Positions 1 through 10,101 of a DNA stretch of 64,000 bases are shown here, piece after piece. The stretch spans positions 128,072-192,071 of the forward strand of contig CAWACZ010000010.1 of assembly GCA_963780685.1 (NCBI GenBank), in the 5' to 3' direction. Below the pieces are notes generated by a model. It was given only the letters and a program-made list of their open reading frames with translations, searched no databases and was not told the DNA's origin. Origin of the DNA: an uncultured Acidobacteriota bacterium (GTDB lineage: Bacteria; Acidobacteriota; Vicinamibacteria; Vicinamibacterales; CAVVIG01). Numbering within the stretch: position 1 is the stretch's first letter; the number at the start of each line of letters is the position of its first letter. A program made the position numbers and the translations under genes.

Positions 1-131
1 ACGACGACGTCGGCTTCCTTCTCGTCATCGGTCGGCTCGAAACCGGCCTGCTCGAGCAGTCCCGCCATGCGCTCCGAGTCGTGCACGTTCATCTGGCAGC
101 CGAACGTCTCAATCAGGTACTTGCGCGCCAT
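1..131 (-). CDS. miaB: tRNA methylthiotransferase (MiaB/RimO family), N-terminal fragment running off the left edge
   Basis: Reverse-strand translation from the ATG at 131-129 gives [44 protein letters not shown]. This is the MTTase N-terminal signature (TFGCQMN..DSE). It is absent from the ORF track because there is no stop in the window. Confidence 0.75.
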   Translation of the reverse strand, partial: MARKYLIETFGCQMNVHDSERMAGLLEQAGFEPTDDEKEADVV

Positions 132-224
132 GCGACCTCAAACACGCTACCACGGAGCACGCGTTCGTGCGACGCGATTGGCGAACGGGACAATTGACCA
201 ACCGGCCTGGCGAATGGCATCGCG

Positions 225-1997
225 TCATAGCCGAGCGCTCCGTGACTTCAATCCCGGCCTTTCGCCTTTCGCCCTTTCGCTTTCGCCTTTCGGTGTCGAT
301 TCGCCGAATTCGGGCGTTCGCCCGGATGCCACTTGCTGTCGTCGCTGGAGCATCTCACGTGCAGACTCGCGGAGCCCATCGGTAACCGCTTCCCCGCCGA
401 GCATGCGCGCCAACTCCTCGATTCGACCACGCTCGTCAAGTCGAACGATGCGTGCGACGGTTCGTCCATCGTCGACGCGCTTGTCGATGACGAAATGGCT
501 GTCTGCATACGCAGCGACCTGAGGAAGGTGCGTGATACATAAGACCTGAAATGCGGAGCCGAGCGTCCGCAGCTTGCGGCCGACCACATCGGCCGCGCGC
601 CCCCCGATGCCCGCATCGATCTCATCGAAAATCAGTCCGGGTGCGGCCTCGCCCGCCGGCCGACTGTCGGCCTCGCTGAATCCGTGTCGATGCAGTGCGG
701 TGAGCGTCTTGATGGCGAGCATGATTCGCGACAGCTCTCCGCCGGAAACGATTCGCGCAAGCGGCCGGAGTTCTTCGCCGGGGTTTGGGGAGACGTGGAA
801 CTCCGCGGCGTCAGTACCATTCGGCGTCCACGCGGGTTCGGGGAGCGGTTCCGGACCGAAACGAAGCTCAACCCGAGTCCGCTCCATCGCCAACTCTCCC
901 AGCAGGCCCTCCAAACGGCGCACGAGGTCCGCGGCCACCGCGCGTCGCGCCGACCCGAGGGCCTGGGCCGCGGCCAGGTACGCGGAGCGCGCTTCCCCGT
1001 GCCGACGCTCGACCTCTATTGTGCGTTCGGCGGACCCCTCGAGCTCGTCGAGCTCGGCGCGGATTCGATCGCGTCGGACAATCGCGTCTTCGAGTGTGGG
1101 CCCATATTTCCGCTTTAGACGCTCGAGGAGCGCCAGTCGCCCCTCGATGTCCTGAAGCCGCTCGGCCGAGGCTTCGATTCCATCAGCGTAACCTCGCAGA
1201 AAGAGCGCAAGATCCTCGAGCTGAGATTTGATGGGCTCTCGCGCCTCGAGATATGGATGAAATCGTGGCTCGAGCGACGCGAGCTCGGATACACGGCGCC
1301 AGATACCGCCCAGCGTCGCGAGCACGGCCTCGTCGCTCTCGTACAGCGACCCATAGCATTCCGAGCACAGCTGCTTGATACGTTCGGCGCTTGCGAGCAC
1401 CTGACGTGTGGTTTTGAGCTGATCGTCCTCGCCCGATGTGAGCGTGGCGCGCTCCAGCTCGCCCAACTGAAACGCGAGCAACTCCTGCCGCTCGTTCCGG
1501 TCGGCGGCAGCCCTCCCCAGCCGAGCGAGCTCCGCGGCCGACGCCTTCATGAGGTCAAAGGCCGTTGCCGTCGCAGCCGATAGATGTTCGAGCGCACCAA
1601 AAGCATCGAGGATGATGAGATGCGTGGAGGGATCGAGGAGCGTGTGATGCTCGTGCTGGCCATGAATCTCAATCAGCTGGGTCGACAGTTCTTTGAGGGC
1701 GCCGGCCGTGGCGAGCTCTCCATTGATAAAGGCGCGACTCCGCCCTTGAGCTGTCACTTCCCTGCGGACCATCACCTCTTCCCCGCCACGGACGAAGACA
1801 GCTTCGATGGATGCGGAGTCTTGTCCGGTACGAACCAGGTCGCCCGAGGCGCGCCCGCCCAAAAGCAAGCCGACCGCTTCGATCAGGATGGACTTGCCGG
1901 CGCCAGTCTCGCCGGTCAAGAGGTTCAGACCGGGCCCGAATTCAACCTCGACGGCGTCGATGACGGCCAGGCGTTGTATTCGAAGAAACTGGAGCAT
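225..1997 (-). CDS. recN: DNA repair protein RecN
   Basis: 590-aa ORF. It has an N-terminal Walker A (LLTGETGAGKS), a long coiled-coil middle, and a C-terminal SGGELSRIMLA signature plus Walker B LIFDEIDAGIGG. Confidence 0.95.
   Translation of the reverse strand: MLQFLRIQRLAVIDAVEVEFGPGLNLLTGETGAGKSILIEAVGLLLGGRASGDLVRTGQDSASIEAVFVRGGEEVMVRREVTAQGRSRAFINGELATAGALKELSTQLIEIHGQHEHHTLLDPSTHLIILDAFGALEHLSAATATAFDLMKASAAELARLGRAAADRNERQELLAFQLGELERATLTSGEDDQLKTTRQVLASAERIKQLCSECYGSLYESDEAVLATLGGIWRRVSELASLEPRFHPYLEAREPIKSQLEDLALFLRGYADGIEASAERLQDIEGRLALLERLKRKYGPTLEDAIVRRDRIRAELDELEGSAERTIEVERRHGEARSAYLAAAQALGSARRAVAADLVRRLEGLLGELAMERTRVELRFGPEPLPEPAWTPNGTDAAEFHVSPNPGEELRPLARIVSGGELSRIMLAIKTLTALHRHGFSEADSRPAGEAAPGLIFDEIDAGIGGRAADVVGRKLRTLGSAFQVLCITHLPQVAAYADSHFVIDKRVDDGRTVARIVRLDERGRIEELARMLGGEAVTDGLRESAREMLQRRQQVASGRTPEFGESTPKGESERAKGERPGLKSRSARL
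257..291. repeat. imperfect heptanucleotide tandem repeat (GCCTTTC)n, 5 units
   Basis: The + strand reads GCCTTTC GCCTTTC GCCCTTTC GCTTTC GCCTTTC (7-7-8-6-7 nt). It lies in the extreme 3' end of recN, encoding the tail ...GESERAKGERPG..., and about 130-160 nt upstream of the miaB start. Confidence 0.8.
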
Positions 1998-2029
1998 GAA
2001 AGAACGAGAACTCCAATCCTAACATAGGT

Positions 2030-2058
2030 TTGACAGCCATTTCCCAGCATGATACAGT
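2030..2058 (+). promoter_or_regulatory. sigma-70-type promoter candidate for the tol-pal cluster
   Basis: TTGACA (2030-2035), a 17-nt spacer, then TACAGT (2053-2058), with TG at -15/-14 (extended -10). It sits in the recN/tolQ divergent intergenic region. A GGAGG Shine-Dalgarno lies at 2100-2104, 5 nt before the TTG at 2110. Confidence 0.5.
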
Positions 2059-2109
2059 TTTGCGCGTCGCGCTGTCCCAGCGGCGCACTCAGATGTCTCG
2101 GAGGCTTGA

Positions 2110-2895
2110 TTGCGCACGCTCGGAAGCCTGCTTTTCGCCTTTCTTTTGCAGGCGCAAGCTGGTCCTGCACCTGAATCCTCGACTGCCGCCGGATTCGGCA
2201 ATCTCATGGCGCGCGCGTCTTCCACGTGGCTCGCCAGGGGCGTACTCCTGTCGCTCGTGGTGCTGTCGGTGTTGTCCTGGAGCGTCTTTCTCTACAAATG
2301 GTGGACGTATCGCCGGGCCCAGAGTCAGTCGACGCAATTTCTCGATGTGTTCCGACGAAGCAGCAAGTTCTCGGAGGTCCAGGCTGTCTGCCGCTCGCTC
2401 AACGATAGCCCCCTCGTCGGCCTCTTCCAGGCGGGATATGCGGAACTGACGGCGCAGCTGCGACAGAACTCGCCCGATCTCGCTAACGGACCGAATCCCA
2501 ATCCCTCAGCACCCGCCGGGCGTCCAACATTGAAGAGCCTGACGGCGGTCGACCGCGCGTTGCTGCGCGCCTCGGTCGTCGAGGTGAACAAACTCGAGAA
2601 GTGGGTCACGATACTCGCCACGACTGCAAGCATAGCGCCCTTCATCGGCCTCTTCGGCACGGTCTGGGGCATTCTGGGGGCATTCGAAGGCATCGGGCAG
2701 ACCGGTTCGACGAACCTGGGGGTGGTGGCGCCCGGTATCTCGGAAGCGCTGGTCGCGACAGCGGCTGGGCTTGCAGCAGCCATCCCTGCCGTGCTCTTTT
2801 ACAACTATCTGACGCAACGGGCGAAAGTCTTTGCGTCCGGAATGGACGATTTTTCGATGGAGTTCCTCAACATCGCCGAGCGGAACTTCACGTAG
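2110..2895 (+). CDS. tolQ: MotA/TolQ/ExbB proton-channel protein (TolQ)
   Basis: 261-aa ORF with family motifs ...IAPFIGLFGTVWGILGAF... and GVVAPGISEALVATAAGLAAAIPAVLFYN. It is the first gene of the tolQRAB-pal order. The TTG start has a strong GGAGG SD and the N-terminus looks like a signal peptide (MRTLGSLLFAFLLQAQA). The ATG at 2206 is an alternative start. Confidence 0.9.
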   Translation: MRTLGSLLFAFLLQAQAGPAPESSTAAGFGNLMARASSTWLARGVLLSLVVLSVLSWSVFLYKWWTYRRAQSQSTQFLDVFRRSSKFSEVQAVCRSLNDSPLVGLFQAGYAELTAQLRQNSPDLANGPNPNPSAPAGRPTLKSLTAVDRALLRASVVEVNKLEKWVTILATTASIAPFIGLFGTVWGILGAFEGIGQTGSTNLGVVAPGISEALVATAAGLAAAIPAVLFYNYLTQRAKVFASGMDDFSMEFLNIAERNFT

Positions 2896-2919
2896 CCGAG
2901 CGACGTTCGACCGCAGACC

Positions 2920-3381
2920 ATGCCAAAAGCGCAGACGGCAACCGGTTCCGGATCGGGACGCCTCGGACGAGGGCGCCGCGTGGCCACGTCCCTCAGCGAG
3001 ATCAACGTCGTCCCGCTCGTTGACGTGATGCTGGTGCTTCTCATTATTTTCATGGTCACCGCACCAATGATCCAGCGCGGCATGGATGTCAATCTACCAG
3101 TCGCTACGCGCGCCTCGCGAATAGAGGGCGACCGCGTGGTGGTCACGATTACGCCGGCCTATCGTCAGAGTCGGATGGTGTTCTTGAACGAGGAACAGAT
3201 TCGCGTCGACGCGCTTCAAGAGCGCGTCCGCCAGAAAATGGAAACGGTGACGTCGAAGCAGGTGTATCTGCGCGGCGACGGCACGCTGCTCTACCAGGAA
3301 TTGATGGACGTGTTCGATCGATTGAAGGCGGCTGGCGTCGAAAGAGTCGGCCTGGAAACCAAGGCACCTGGTGAAAGATAG
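2920..3381 (+). CDS. tolR: ExbD/TolR biopolymer transport protein
   Basis: 153 aa, with the typical single TM segment and motif EINVVPLVDVMLVLLIIFMVTAP. It follows tolQ. Confidence 0.9.
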   Translation: MPKAQTATGSGSGRLGRGRRVATSLSEINVVPLVDVMLVLLIIFMVTAPMIQRGMDVNLPVATRASRIEGDRVVVTITPAYRQSRMVFLNEEQIRVDALQERVRQKMETVTSKQVYLRGDGTLLYQELMDVFDRLKAAGVERVGLETKAPGER

Positions 3382-3405
3382 GAGGGCCTGAAGGCCAGCC
3401 CGCCG

Positions 3406-4188
3406 ATGGATGTCACCGACGTTCTCCGCGATCGCATGCAGGAACCCGCCGGCTTCAACCGGATGGTGACCATTTCATCGCTGCTGCACGGAGCGGCGAT
3501 TCTTGCCGTGGTGATCGCGCCGCAAGGTTTCTTGACGCCAGCCAGCGAGGCACCACAATCGATCATGACGATTTCACTGGATGGCGCAGGGGTGGGACCT
3601 CGCAGTGGCGGCATGACCGCCATCGGCGGTCGCCCGGTACAAGTGCAGACGCCGCCGGACGAGCCTCCCAAACGGGAGGCGGTACGTGCGCCGGCTTCCA
3701 GGACTCCGGAAATGACGCTGCCAAAGCCTGGAGCCAAACCGTTGAAGGCAGATCCGGCGAGGACGGGACTCGATGAGCGGCGCTCCAGTACCGCGACGCG
3801 AGGACCGGAAGTCCGACCTGGCAACGCGGTCGCAGAAACCGGCGCCCGAGGTATGGGCTTCGGGTTGTCGACGGGGGGTGGCCCGGGTACGGGTTCAACG
3901 CTCGACGTTGGCGACTTCTGCTGTCCCGATTACGTCGCGCTGATGATCGAGCGCATCCGGAGCGGTTGGATGCAGCAATCGGAAGTCGGCGGCACGGTGA
4001 TCGTCAGGTTCACAATCGAACGGGACGGCCGCATCACGGACCCATTGGTCGAACAGTCGAGCGGCTACACGACCCTTGATATCAACGCCGAGCGGGCGGT
4101 ACGAGTCACGCGCCAGTTGCCGCCACTGCCGGCGGCGTTTCCGAATCCCACGTTGACGGTTCATTTGAATTTCCAATACCAACGATGA
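3406..4188 (+). CDS. tolA: TolA-like / TonB-family C-terminal domain protein
   Basis: 260 aa with an N-terminal TM anchor, a Pro/Ala/Gly-rich linker and a C-terminal TonB_C-like fold (...GTVIVRFTIERDGRITDPLVEQSSGYTTLDINAERAV...). It sits between tolR and tolB, and its stop overlaps the tolB start (ATGA). Confidence 0.75.
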   Translation: MDVTDVLRDRMQEPAGFNRMVTISSLLHGAAILAVVIAPQGFLTPASEAPQSIMTISLDGAGVGPRSGGMTAIGGRPVQVQTPPDEPPKREAVRAPASRTPEMTLPKPGAKPLKADPARTGLDERRSSTATRGPEVRPGNAVAETGARGMGFGLSTGGGPGTGSTLDVGDFCCPDYVALMIERIRSGWMQQSEVGGTVIVRFTIERDGRITDPLVEQSSGYTTLDINAERAVRVTRQLPPLPAAFPNPTLTVHLNFQYQR

Positions 4189-5585
4189 CATTGATGCTTC
4201 GCTCCATTTGTACCGCGGCGGTCGCGGCAGCCCTGGGCATGATTGCCGTAGCCGCGGGAACCCAGACACCCGCCCAGCAGCCGACCGCACCGCCACCGCA
4301 GGCGCCCGCGCCTCAGCAGCCGAGTGACATCCGCTCGACGATCACGGGCGACGCCGGCGCTCCGCCCCGCCTGGCCGTGCCGGATTTCGTCGCGTTGTCG
4401 ACCGACGCGGAGACCGCCACGATCGCCAAGACGATCGCGCAAGTGCTGTTCGACGATCTGAGCTTCGAACGCGAGTTTGCGATGATTCCGCGAGACACCT
4501 ACGCGACGATCCCGGCGGCGAAATCGCTGGACGATGTGCCGTTCGATCGATGGCGGGAACTGGGCGCGGATGGAGTTGTCGTTGGAACGGTACGGAAGAC
4601 GGGGACGAATATCCACGTCGAGATTCGCCTCGTCAGACCGAGTGCTCCGCAGCAGGCTGCGTTCGCACGCACCTACGAAGGCTCGGGAGCGAATCCGCGC
4701 CTCTACGGGCACACGATTTCCGACGAAATCCACCAGCATCAGCGCGCGCTCAGGGGCGTGGCGCGAACGAAGTTGACCTTCAATTCCGACCGCGACGGGG
4801 AACGCCTGGGTGGAACGGTCGAGAATCGCGGCGTCAAGGAAATCTATATCTCCGACTACGACGGCGAGAACCAGCGTCGCGTCACGACGCAACGCTCCCT
4901 GAACATCAACCCCACATGGTCGCCCGATGGCCGAGCGATCGCGTACACGTCGTACAGACGCGGCCCGCCCAATATCTTCGTCTCGAACATCTATCAGGGC
5001 ACGCTCGAGGAGATTACCAAAGGGCCCGGCGAGAACTGGCTGCCTGCCTGGTCGCCCGACGGAGCCCGTTTGTGCTTTACGTCGACTCGTGACGGCAATG
5101 CCGAGTTGTACGTCGCCAACCGCGATGGCTCGAACCTGCGCCGTCTCACAGATCATCCCGGAATCGACAGCACGCCGACGTGGGCGCCCTCGGGGACGCA
5201 GATCGCATTCACCTCGGATCGGGCCGGCTCTCCGCAGATTTACATCATCGGCGCTGACGGCCTCGGACTACGGAGGGTCACGTCCGAGTCCTATGCCGAC
5301 AGGCCGACCTGGTCACCGGCTCCCCACAACGAGATCGCCTACACGGCACGGACCGGTCCCGGCAACGACATCAAGGTGATGGACCTGGCCTCAGGACAAG
5401 TCCGGCAGTTGACGTTCGGTGAGGGGACCAATGAAAGCCCGGCGTGGGCGCCCAACGGTCGGCATCTTGCGTTTACCTCCACGCGATCGGGCAAGACTCA
5501 GGTGTTCGTGATGGCACGCGACGGCAGGGACCTGAAACAGCTCACGAAAGCGGGCAATAACTACCAGCCCAATTGGTCGAATTGA
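4185..5585 (+). CDS. tolB: Tol-Pal system beta-propeller protein TolB
   Basis: 466 aa with a signal peptide, a TolB N-domain, then repeated PD40 blades (P.WSPDG..IA.TS.R.G...I..). Confidence 0.93.
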   Translation: MTLMLRSICTAAVAAALGMIAVAAGTQTPAQQPTAPPPQAPAPQQPSDIRSTITGDAGAPPRLAVPDFVALSTDAETATIAKTIAQVLFDDLSFEREFAMIPRDTYATIPAAKSLDDVPFDRWRELGADGVVVGTVRKTGTNIHVEIRLVRPSAPQQAAFARTYEGSGANPRLYGHTISDEIHQHQRALRGVARTKLTFNSDRDGERLGGTVENRGVKEIYISDYDGENQRRVTTQRSLNINPTWSPDGRAIAYTSYRRGPPNIFVSNIYQGTLEEITKGPGENWLPAWSPDGARLCFTSTRDGNAELYVANRDGSNLRRLTDHPGIDSTPTWAPSGTQIAFTSDRAGSPQIYIIGADGLGLRRVTSESYADRPTWSPAPHNEIAYTARTGPGNDIKVMDLASGQVRQLTFGEGTNESPAWAPNGRHLAFTSTRSGKTQVFVMARDGRDLKQLTKAGNNYQPNWSN

Positions 5586-5635
5586 CGAGGTCCTTTGTTT
5601 TGCACTCCCTGCCAACTGGACAGCGATGGAGCCAC

Positions 5636-6220
5636 ATGATGTTGAAGCCAAGGATGCTCAGGAACGTCGCGCTCGGTGTTGTGATCCCGCTCGCCGTGAC
5701 CGTGGCGGCCTGCGGCAAGAAAACAACCCCAGTCGCCCGTCCTGTCCCTCCGCCGAGCAGCACAGCCCCTGCGCCCGGTCAACCGTCGCCTCCGGAGCCG
5801 GTCCGGGAAGCGACCATCGTGCCACCTGAGCCAATCAGGGACGACGCGATTGCGTCCTCGACGCTCGATGATCTCAACCGGAATTCGCCCTTGAAGCCGG
5901 TGTTCTTCGAATACGACAGCAGCGAGATCAACGACGAGGGGCGCGGAATCCTCGATGCCAACGCCGGTCTGCTCAAGCGGTTTCCTACCTGGACCATCAC
6001 GATTGAAGGTCACTGCGACGAACGCGGGACAGCCGAGTACAATCTGGCGTTGGGCGAACGGCGCGCCGTCACGACGCGCTCGTACCTGGTCTCGCTCGGT
6101 GTTCCCGGCGATCGACTCCGCACCGTCAGCTACGGCAAGGAGTTTCCGTTCGACCCGGCGCACACCGAAGAAGGGTACTCGAAGAATCGACGCGCGCACT
6201 TCGTCATCACCGCAAAGTGA
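5636..6220 (+). CDS. pal: peptidoglycan-associated lipoprotein Pal (OmpA family)
   Basis: It has a lipobox (LAVTVAAC), a Pro-rich linker and an OmpA_C domain (ITIEGHCDERGTAEYNLALGERRA). ATG 5636 is preferred over the longer ORF-track start at 5573. Confidence 0.9.
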   Translation: MMLKPRMLRNVALGVVIPLAVTVAACGKKTTPVARPVPPPSSTAPAPGQPSPPEPVREATIVPPEPIRDDAIASSTLDDLNRNSPLKPVFFEYDSSEINDEGRGILDANAGLLKRFPTWTITIEGHCDERGTAEYNLALGERRAVTTRSYLVSLGVPGDRLRTVSYGKEFPFDPAHTEEGYSKNRRAHFVITAK

Positions 6221-6227
6221 GAATGCT

Positions 6228-7109
6228 ATGAGGCAGATCGCGACACGGTTGGTTGTTGGGTTCGGCCTGGTCATCCTCGTGCTGCATCCGGCGCAGGCCG
6301 CCGACAAAGAAACGCGCCAGATGATGGCCGATATTCGCATCCTCCAGGAGCAGTCGCAGCAGCTTCAGAACCTGATCGGGTCGCTGAACACGGCCCTGGC
6401 CGAAGCGTTGAAGGCGGTCAACGGACGCCTCGACGAACAGGCGAATGCGACCCGCAAGGGTCTCGCCGATCAGAAGCTGGTCATCGACAACCTGTCGAGC
6501 GACCTGCGCATCGTGCGTGAAAAAGTGGACGACAGCAACGTGCGAATCTCGTCGATTTCGCAGGAATTGGACGCCCTCCGTCAGTCGGTGCAGCAACAGG
6601 CGGCCCGTGCACTGCCCACCACACCGGAGTCGCTCGAAGCAGCGGCGGCCGCCGGCGTCGCGCCGCCGGAACCAAGCGCTGCGCCATCGCCGCCGGCCGG
6701 TCCACCACCCGCGGCGGGGACCTCACCAACTCGCCTGTACGACCTGGCATTTTCCGACTACACGTCCGGACAGTGGGATCTGGCCATTCAGGGATTCGAC
6801 TCGTACATCAGGTCTTTCCCGAGGTCGGACCGTGCCGACGATGCGCAGGTGCTGATCGGGAACTCCTACTTGCAGGCGGGCAAGAACGATAAGGCCGCCG
6901 AGGCGTACGACAAGGCGATCCGTACATATCCTGCAGGCGACGCGATTCCCGAGGCGTACTACAAGAAGGGCCTCGCACTCAGAAACCTCAAGCAACTCGA
7001 TCAGGCCTGCGAAGCATTCAGCTACGCCGTCAAGAACTATCCTGACAGCCCCGCTGGACAACTGGCGAAGCAGCAGATCACCCAGCTCTCGGGCCCGGCC
7101 TGCAAGTAA
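6228..7109 (+). CDS. cpoB: Tol-Pal system protein CpoB/YbgF (coiled coil + TPR)
   Basis: It starts [24 protein letters not shown] (signal peptide), followed by a coiled-coil region and a C-terminal TPR ([22 protein letters not shown]...). It is the last gene of the cluster. The ORF-track start at 5955 is a spurious 5' extension overlapping pal. Confidence 0.85.
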   Translation: MRQIATRLVVGFGLVILVLHPAQAADKETRQMMADIRILQEQSQQLQNLIGSLNTALAEALKAVNGRLDEQANATRKGLADQKLVIDNLSSDLRIVREKVDDSNVRISSISQELDALRQSVQQQAARALPTTPESLEAAAAAGVAPPEPSAAPSPPAGPPPAAGTSPTRLYDLAFSDYTSGQWDLAIQGFDSYIRSFPRSDRADDAQVLIGNSYLQAGKNDKAAEAYDKAIRTYPAGDAIPEAYYKKGLALRNLKQLDQACEAFSYAVKNYPDSPAGQLAKQQITQLSGPACK

Positions 7110-7209
7110 GCGTTCGGCAACTGCAGCGCCGGGTGCCTCTCGGGACGATGTACAATGCAGCCACTCAAATCTTGTACTTCGTTCTACAACCTCACCTCCC
7201 GAAGGGCAT

Positions 7210-7641
7210 ATGGGCAGCGTCAACAAAGTGATTCTTGTCGGCAACCTGGGTCGTGATGCCGAGTTGCGGTACACGCCCGGTGGCGCGGCGGTCGCCACCC
7301 TCAACATGGCGACGACGGAAGTCTGGAATGACAAGGCAGGCCAACGCCAGGAGAAGACCGAATGGCATCGCGTCGTGCTCTGGGGCAAGACGGCCGAGTC
7401 GCTCGCCGAGTACCTGACGAAGGGCAAACAGATCTACGTGGAAGGTCGTCTCCAGACGCGCCAGTGGGACGACAAAGACGGCAATAAGCGCTACACCACC
7501 GAAATTCGCAGCGACCGCGTGGTGTTGCTGAGTAGCGGAGGCGGCCGCGGCGCGCCGATCGACCGAAACGAGAACGTCGGCACCCAGACGACCGCTTCGG
7601 AGGCCCCTGCGCCGCTTACCGACGACGATATTCCGTTCTAG
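7210..7641 (+). CDS. ssb: single-stranded DNA-binding protein
   Basis: 143 aa with an OB-fold N-terminus ([31 protein letters not shown]) and the acidic tail DDDIPF. Confidence 0.95.
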   Translation: MGSVNKVILVGNLGRDAELRYTPGGAAVATLNMATTEVWNDKAGQRQEKTEWHRVVLWGKTAESLAEYLTKGKQIYVEGRLQTRQWDDKDGNKRYTTEIRSDRVVLLSSGGGRGAPIDRNENVGTQTTASEAPAPLTDDDIPF

Positions 7642-8024
7642 GGATTTGGGACGATCGGCTCAGGACTTATTTCCCGTCCGTAGCGATCTTCAAGACGGAC
7701 CACATCGTCGAGCTCGGGGGTGGAGACCTCGAAGATATCGCTGTCCTCGATCGCCGTCATGCGGTGAATCGTTTTCGGCGAGATGTGAACGCGCTCGCCG
7801 GGCCGCATCTCGCGGGTCACGCGGTGCGATCCCTCCTGAATCTCGAATCTGAGAAGTCCCACATGCAAGTAGATGGTTTCGTCCTTGACATTGTGGTACT
7901 GGAGGCTGAGGGCATGCCCGGCGTTCACGTGGATGAGCTTCCCCACGTACCGGTCGGTCTTTGCCCAGTGCAACTCGTAGCCCCACGGCTTGTCGACACG
8001 AATCACGTCGTTGCCCACGATCAC
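7638..8024 (-). CDS. cupin-domain protein (mannose-6-phosphate isomerase type II C-terminal-like)
   Basis: 128 aa with cupin motifs KPWGYELHW...[18 protein letters not shown]...IHRMTA. Confidence 0.7.
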   Translation of the reverse strand: MIVGNDVIRVDKPWGYELHWAKTDRYVGKLIHVNAGHALSLQYHNVKDETIYLHVGLLRFEIQEGSHRVTREMRPGERVHISPKTIHRMTAIEDSDIFEVSTPELDDVVRLEDRYGREISPEPIVPNP

Positions 8025-8026
8025 CC

Positions 8027-9793
8027 CTATTCTCGAGTGTGAGACAGCCCGCCCAGTGCGGCGAGCAACTCCTGGCCAATTTCATCAACGGTCGCCAGCT
8101 TGAGAATCCGGCGCGCCATCGCCTGGAGGTCGTCGCGCCGAGCGTCAGCCAGCACCTGTTTGGCCACCGAGATCGCTCCGGGCGTCATGCTGAACTCGGT
8201 CAGGCCGAGCCCGACGAGGAGCGCCAGGAGCGCAGGATCGGATGCCATTTCGCCGCAGAGCGATACCGGGATTCGCTGTCGCGCCGCGGCCCTCCGAATC
8301 ATGGCGATCAAGCGCAGAATCGCTGGATGCAGTGGCTCGTACAGAAGCGAGACGCGTTCGTCGGCCCGGTCGACCGCCAGGCAATACTGAATCAAATCGT
8401 TGGTGCCAATCGTAAAAAAGTCGACCTCGCGGGCCAGGAGATCGGCGGTGTACGCAGCCGCAGGCACCTCGATCATCACCCCGATTGGCACGACCGGGAC
8501 GACCTCTCCGCGACGCGCCAGCTCGGCGGAGGCCTCGCCCAGTATGCGACGGGCCTCGCGCAGCTGCTCCACTCCCGTCACGAACGGGAACATGATCCGC
8601 AGGGCGCCGTGACGCGCGGCGCGAAGCAGCGCGCGCAACTGCACTTGGAACAAGTCGGGCCGCGCAAGGCTCAGGCGCAGACCCCGCCGACCTTGACGGT
8701 TGGCGCGCTCCTCCTCGGTCTGCCATGCATCGGTCAACGGGCGCATCGATTGCGAAGACAGGTGGTCTTCGTCGACGTCAAACGTACGGATCGTCACCGG
8801 GCCCGGCGCCATCCCTTCGACCATCTCCCGGTAGATGGCGTACTGCCGATCCTCGTCGCCGATGTCGCATGCGGCCGTCGTCAGCAGGAATTCCGATCGA
8901 TACAACCCAATCCCCTCGGCCCCTGCGTATCGGGCGGCCGCGAGATCGTCGGGAAACTCGATGTTGGCGTCGAGTCGCACGCGAATCCCATCCGCGGTCA
9001 CGGCCGGCTTGTGCCTCTCGCCCTCCGGACCGGCGGCAGGTCGACGATCGTCGGACTGGCGTGCGGCCCACGCGAGGACTTCTTCGCTGGGATCGACGAT
9101 GAGCTCGTTGGCGCTCCCGTCCACGACCACCAGGCGGCCAGCTTCGACCAGGCGACTGGCGTCGTGCAATCCGACCACGGCCGGCACTTCGAGCGAGCGG
9201 GCGAGAATCGCGGTGTGATGCGTCCGGCTCCCCGCGTCGGTCGCGAATCCGCGCACCTTGGCCCAATCCACCTGCGCGGCGAGCGAGGGAGTCAATTCGT
9301 CGGCAATGAGAACCGACGCCTCGTCCAGCTGCCGGAGCAGATCGCGAGGGGTCTCGAGCCCCTGTCGAAGGTTCATCTTCAAGCGGCCGACGAGATCGGC
9401 GACGTCGCCACGCCGCTCGCGCAGATACGGATCCGCCACCTCGTCGAACACGGCACTGAAGTCCTGAAACACCTGTTGAATCGCCCACTCGGCGTTCACC
9501 TGCTGTTCGCGCACGATGGTGATCGCCTGCGGAAGGAGCATCGGATCGTCCAGCATGAGCAGCTGGGCATCGAACAGCGACGCGAGCTCGCGCCCCCGTC
9601 GTCGCGCGAGGCTGGCCCGAATGTCGGTCAGCTGTTGTCGCGTGCGCACCCGGCTTTGTTCGAGGCGGCCCAGCTCGTGCTCCACGCGGCCAGGAGCAAT
9701 GTGATAACGGAGCACTTGGGCCCTTTGAATCAGAATCACTGCCCGCCCGACAACCACCCCTGGGGACACGCCGATACCGATCAGACGCCGCAT
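8027..9793 (-). CDS. ptsI: phosphoenolpyruvate-protein phosphotransferase (PTS Enzyme I)
   Basis: 588 aa with the phospho-His region GSRTHHTAILARSLEVPAVVG and the PEP-utilising TIM barrel (FFTIGTNDLIQY). There is no N-terminal GAF domain. Confidence 0.93.
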   Translation of the reverse strand: MRRLIGIGVSPGVVVGRAVILIQRAQVLRYHIAPGRVEHELGRLEQSRVRTRQQLTDIRASLARRRGRELASLFDAQLLMLDDPMLLPQAITIVREQQVNAEWAIQQVFQDFSAVFDEVADPYLRERRGDVADLVGRLKMNLRQGLETPRDLLRQLDEASVLIADELTPSLAAQVDWAKVRGFATDAGSRTHHTAILARSLEVPAVVGLHDASRLVEAGRLVVVDGSANELIVDPSEEVLAWAARQSDDRRPAAGPEGERHKPAVTADGIRVRLDANIEFPDDLAAARYAGAEGIGLYRSEFLLTTAACDIGDEDRQYAIYREMVEGMAPGPVTIRTFDVDEDHLSSQSMRPLTDAWQTEEERANRQGRRGLRLSLARPDLFQVQLRALLRAARHGALRIMFPFVTGVEQLREARRILGEASAELARRGEVVPVVPIGVMIEVPAAAYTADLLAREVDFFTIGTNDLIQYCLAVDRADERVSLLYEPLHPAILRLIAMIRRAAARQRIPVSLCGEMASDPALLALLVGLGLTEFSMTPGAISVAKQVLADARRDDLQAMARRILKLATVDEIGQELLAALGGLSHTRE

Positions 9794-10062
9794 GTCACGT
9801 CCTCGCCAAAACCTGATTCGACCAAGGCCGCCAGTGCCTCCACCGCGCCGTTTTCATCGGGACCCTCGGCGGTGATGGTGATCGTCGATCCGCAGGCGGC
9901 GGCCAACAAAAGAATTCCCATGATGCTCTTGCCGTCCGTTTGCCGAACATCACGGGCAACCCGTACTCGCGACTCGTACTTGGTCGCCAGGTGCACGAAC
10001 TTCGCCGCTGCGCGGGCGTGCATGCCCAGCCGATTCACGACGGTCACAGAACGCGTGACCAT
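9781..10062 (-). CDS. ptsH: phosphocarrier protein HPr
   Basis: 93 aa from ATG 10062; the ORF-track start at 10092 adds 10 aa. Both the His15 context (NRLGMHARAAA) and the Ser46 context (GKSIMG) are present. The gene overlaps the ptsI start. Confidence 0.9.
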   Translation of the reverse strand: MVTRSVTVVNRLGMHARAAAKFVHLATKYESRVRVARDVRQTDGKSIMGILLLAAACGSTITITAEGPDENGAVEALAALVESGFGEDVTCGV

Positions 10063-10101
10063 CACCCGTGTCGTACGGTGCAGAACCTGCACGAGTCCGT
10101 T

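Noticed and set aside
2206-2208. ATG 2206 as the tolQ start (giving a 229-aa protein)
   Set aside because: It is not excluded. However, the upstream TTG at 2110 has a GGAGG SD at ideal spacing and lies just downstream of the consensus-like promoter. ATG 2206 has no SD. The longer form is therefore reported.
5955-6227. 5' part of the 384-aa ORF (5955..7109) overlapping pal in another frame
   Set aside because: The translation before [10 protein letters not shown].. is Arg/Ser/Pro-rich junk overlapping the well-supported pal gene. A signal peptide begins at the ATG at 6228.
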